A stretch of 64,000 nucleotides of DNA from positions 24,734 through 88,733 of the forward strand of contig JAHCAK010000007.1 of NCBI GenBank assembly GCA_019634955.1. The letters run 5' to 3'. Each line of letters opens with the position of its first letter. Within the stretch, counting starts at the first letter, position 1. Below the pieces are notes generated by a model that saw only the letters and a program-made list of their open reading frames with translations, did not search any database and was not told the origin of the DNA. This stretch comes from Burkholderiales bacterium. Its GTDB lineage: Bacteria; Pseudomonadota; Gammaproteobacteria; Burkholderiales; Usitatibacteraceae. Positions 62,712 through 64,000 of the stretch are shown piece by piece. The position numbers and the translations under genes are program-made.

Positions 62712-62789
62712 CGTTGCCCCTGCGGCGTTGCGTCCCGCCATTCTGCCACACGGGGTGACGGTCGCCGCCGCGCCGCGTAACCTCGGCCC

Positions 62790-63998
62790 ATGCTTCCCGA
62801 CGACACCGACGAGGCGCTCGCCACGACCGCGGCGGCGATCGCGCGCGACCCCGCGTCGCCTTCGGCCCATGCAGCGCGCGGCGACCTGCTGCGGCGGCTG
62901 GGCCTGCCGTGCGAGGCGCTCGATGCGTACCGGCGCGCGCTCGCGCTGCGGCCCGGCTGGGCGGATGCCTGGCAGGCCATCGGGCATTGCCTCGCGGATC
63001 GCGGCGATGCCGCGCACTCGCGCGCCGCCTTCTCGCGTGCGCGCGCCCTGCGCCCCGATCGACGGGAAGCCACGCTCGCCGGAGCCGCGCGGGACCCTGC
63101 CGGCGCAGGCGACGCGACGCGCATCGGTTACATCGGCGCCGACTTTCACGACGGCCCGCGAGCCCCGTTCCTGCTCGCCCTCCTGCGCGGCCACGCCGCG
63201 CGCGGCGACGAGGTGCGCGTGTACGCGCGCCAGCGCGCACGCGACACGGCGACGGAGGCCATGATGGCCGCCGCGCCGCGATGGGCCTTCGTGGACGGCG
63301 AGGGCGACGAGGCCCTGGCGCGGCGCATCCGCGAGGATGGTGTCGACAGGCTGCTGGACCTGGACGACCGCCTTTCCGGCGGCAGCGTCCTCGAGCGCTG
63401 TCCCTTCGCCTGGGCCGGGCCGGAGGACGCGCCTTCGCCCGCCGTTCCCGAATCACGCCCGCCCGTGTTCGGCCGCTTCGGCAGCCTCGCGTCCCTCGAC
63501 GGCGCGACGCTCCACGCATGGGGGACGATCCTGCGCGCGGTGCCGGAGGGGCGACTCTTGCTCGGAGACGCAGCCCTCAACGACCCGCGGGTGCGCGAGC
63601 GGCTGGCGCGCCGCCTCGCGTTGCACGGCGCGGATCCCGCCCGGGTCGGGCTGCGCGGGCCGGTCCCGTGAGCGGGCCACCTCGCCGGGCACGCCGGCGT
63701 CGACGTCGTGCTCGATCCGTTCCCGGCCGGCGACGCCCACGCCGCGTGCGCCGCTCTCTGGATGGGCGTGCCGGTGGTGACGATGGCCGGGGTCGCGCCG
63801 GCCTCGCGGCAGGTCGCGGCGATCCTCGCCAGCGTGGGGTTGGACGATCTCGTCGCGCGCACGCCGCGCGAGTACGCCGCCCTCGCATCCGCCCTGGCGC
63901 GGGACGCAGCGCGGCGCGGCGCGCTGCGCCTCTCGCTGCGCGCGCGGATGCGCGCGAGCCCCCTGGGCGACGGCGCGGGCACGCGGCCGCGGTCGTAG
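62790..63998 (+). pseudogene. TPR + O-GlcNAc-transferase-like (GT41/SPY-like) gene interrupted by an in-frame TGA at 63669..63671
   Basis: Track ORFs 62790..63671 and 63708..63998 are in the same frame. The translation reads ...RVGLRGPVP*AGHLAGHAGVDVVLDPFPAGDAHAACAALWMGVPVVTMAG..., so the conserved LDPFP...DALWMGVPVVT glycosyltransferase core lies downstream of the stop. The C-terminus also looks shorter than usual. Confidence 0.6.
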
Positions 63999-64000
63999 CG

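Noticed and set aside
63669-63671. The TGA in the GT41-like gene as a selenocysteine codon.
   Set aside because: The family is not known to contain selenoproteins. I saw no obvious SECIS-type hairpin immediately downstream and no sel genes in the window. A nonsense mutation or sequencing error is more parsimonious.
1-64000. Scan for rRNA, tRNA, IS elements, integrases, prophage or plasmid genes, and toxin-antitoxin or known defence systems.
   Set aside because: No cloverleaf-like, rRNA-like or transposase/integrase-like sequences were recognised. The only defence-like item is the orphan Cas6/Cmx6-like gene, reported separately. The S24 peptidase lacks any prophage context.

Overview
The window is 64 kb, visibly very GC-rich (not computed) and densely coding. 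It looks like chromosome from a facultatively anaerobic, sulfur-oxidising proteobacterium (Beta/Gamma-like gene content; taxonomy not provable from here). I saw no rRNA, tRNA, CRISPR array, transposase or integrase.

Three blocks:
- **1-6.3 kb, housekeeping.** A partial TPR-like gene, tonB-exbB-exbD-exbD plus a TPR accessory gene, a GNAT acetyltransferase, and thyA-folA.
- **6.3-22.9 kb, micro-oxic/anaerobic respiration.** This block holds ccoI-ccoS, ccoNOQP, ccoG, a fixH-like gene, an operon of a universal stress protein, a TraR/DksA zinc finger and a Pat-like acetyltransferase, fnr, hemN, and several small accessory genes. Three FNR-type boxes (TTGAC-N4-ATCAA) sit upstream of ccoN, the stress-protein gene and hemN/fnr.
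- **23-62 kb, a large oxidative sulfur island.**
  - aprM-aprB-aprA, followed by an unknown ORF, a SlyD-like PPIase and a 53-aa ORF, then a LysR regulator
  - soeB-soeC-sat
  - a Cys-rich GAF histidine kinase with a NarL/LuxR response regulator
  - a complete reverse-type dsrABEFHCMKLJOPNR operon with cobA translationally coupled to its end
  - divergent from dsrA, a coupled five-gene operon: a 73-aa ORF, an orphan Cas6/Cmx6-like protein, a tandem TusA, an unknown protein and a TauD-like dioxygenase
  - a FadL-type porin and tusA-dsrE2
  - an HTH/[2Fe-2S]/ferredoxin-reductase fusion, followed by an S24 peptidase and coupled unknown ORFs
  - a separate soeA operon with a TauE permease, an SCP2 protein, a membrane protein and a DsrC paralog

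The window ends with a DUF599-like gene and an O-GlcNAc-transferase-like gene interrupted by an in-frame TGA.

Most interesting:
- the Cas6/Cmx6-like and double-TusA operon beside dsrA, with no CRISPR context
- short exact sequence motifs shared between the upstream regions of dsrA, soeB and soeA, plus direct repeats upstream of aprM, tusA and soeB, which suggest a common undescribed regulon, possibly served by the adjacent GAF-kinase/NarL-type pair
- the split soeA / soeBC arrangement
- the HTH-ferredoxin-reductase fusion divergent from tusA-dsrE2

Many long ORFs in the six-frame track are GC-driven shadow frames and were rejected.
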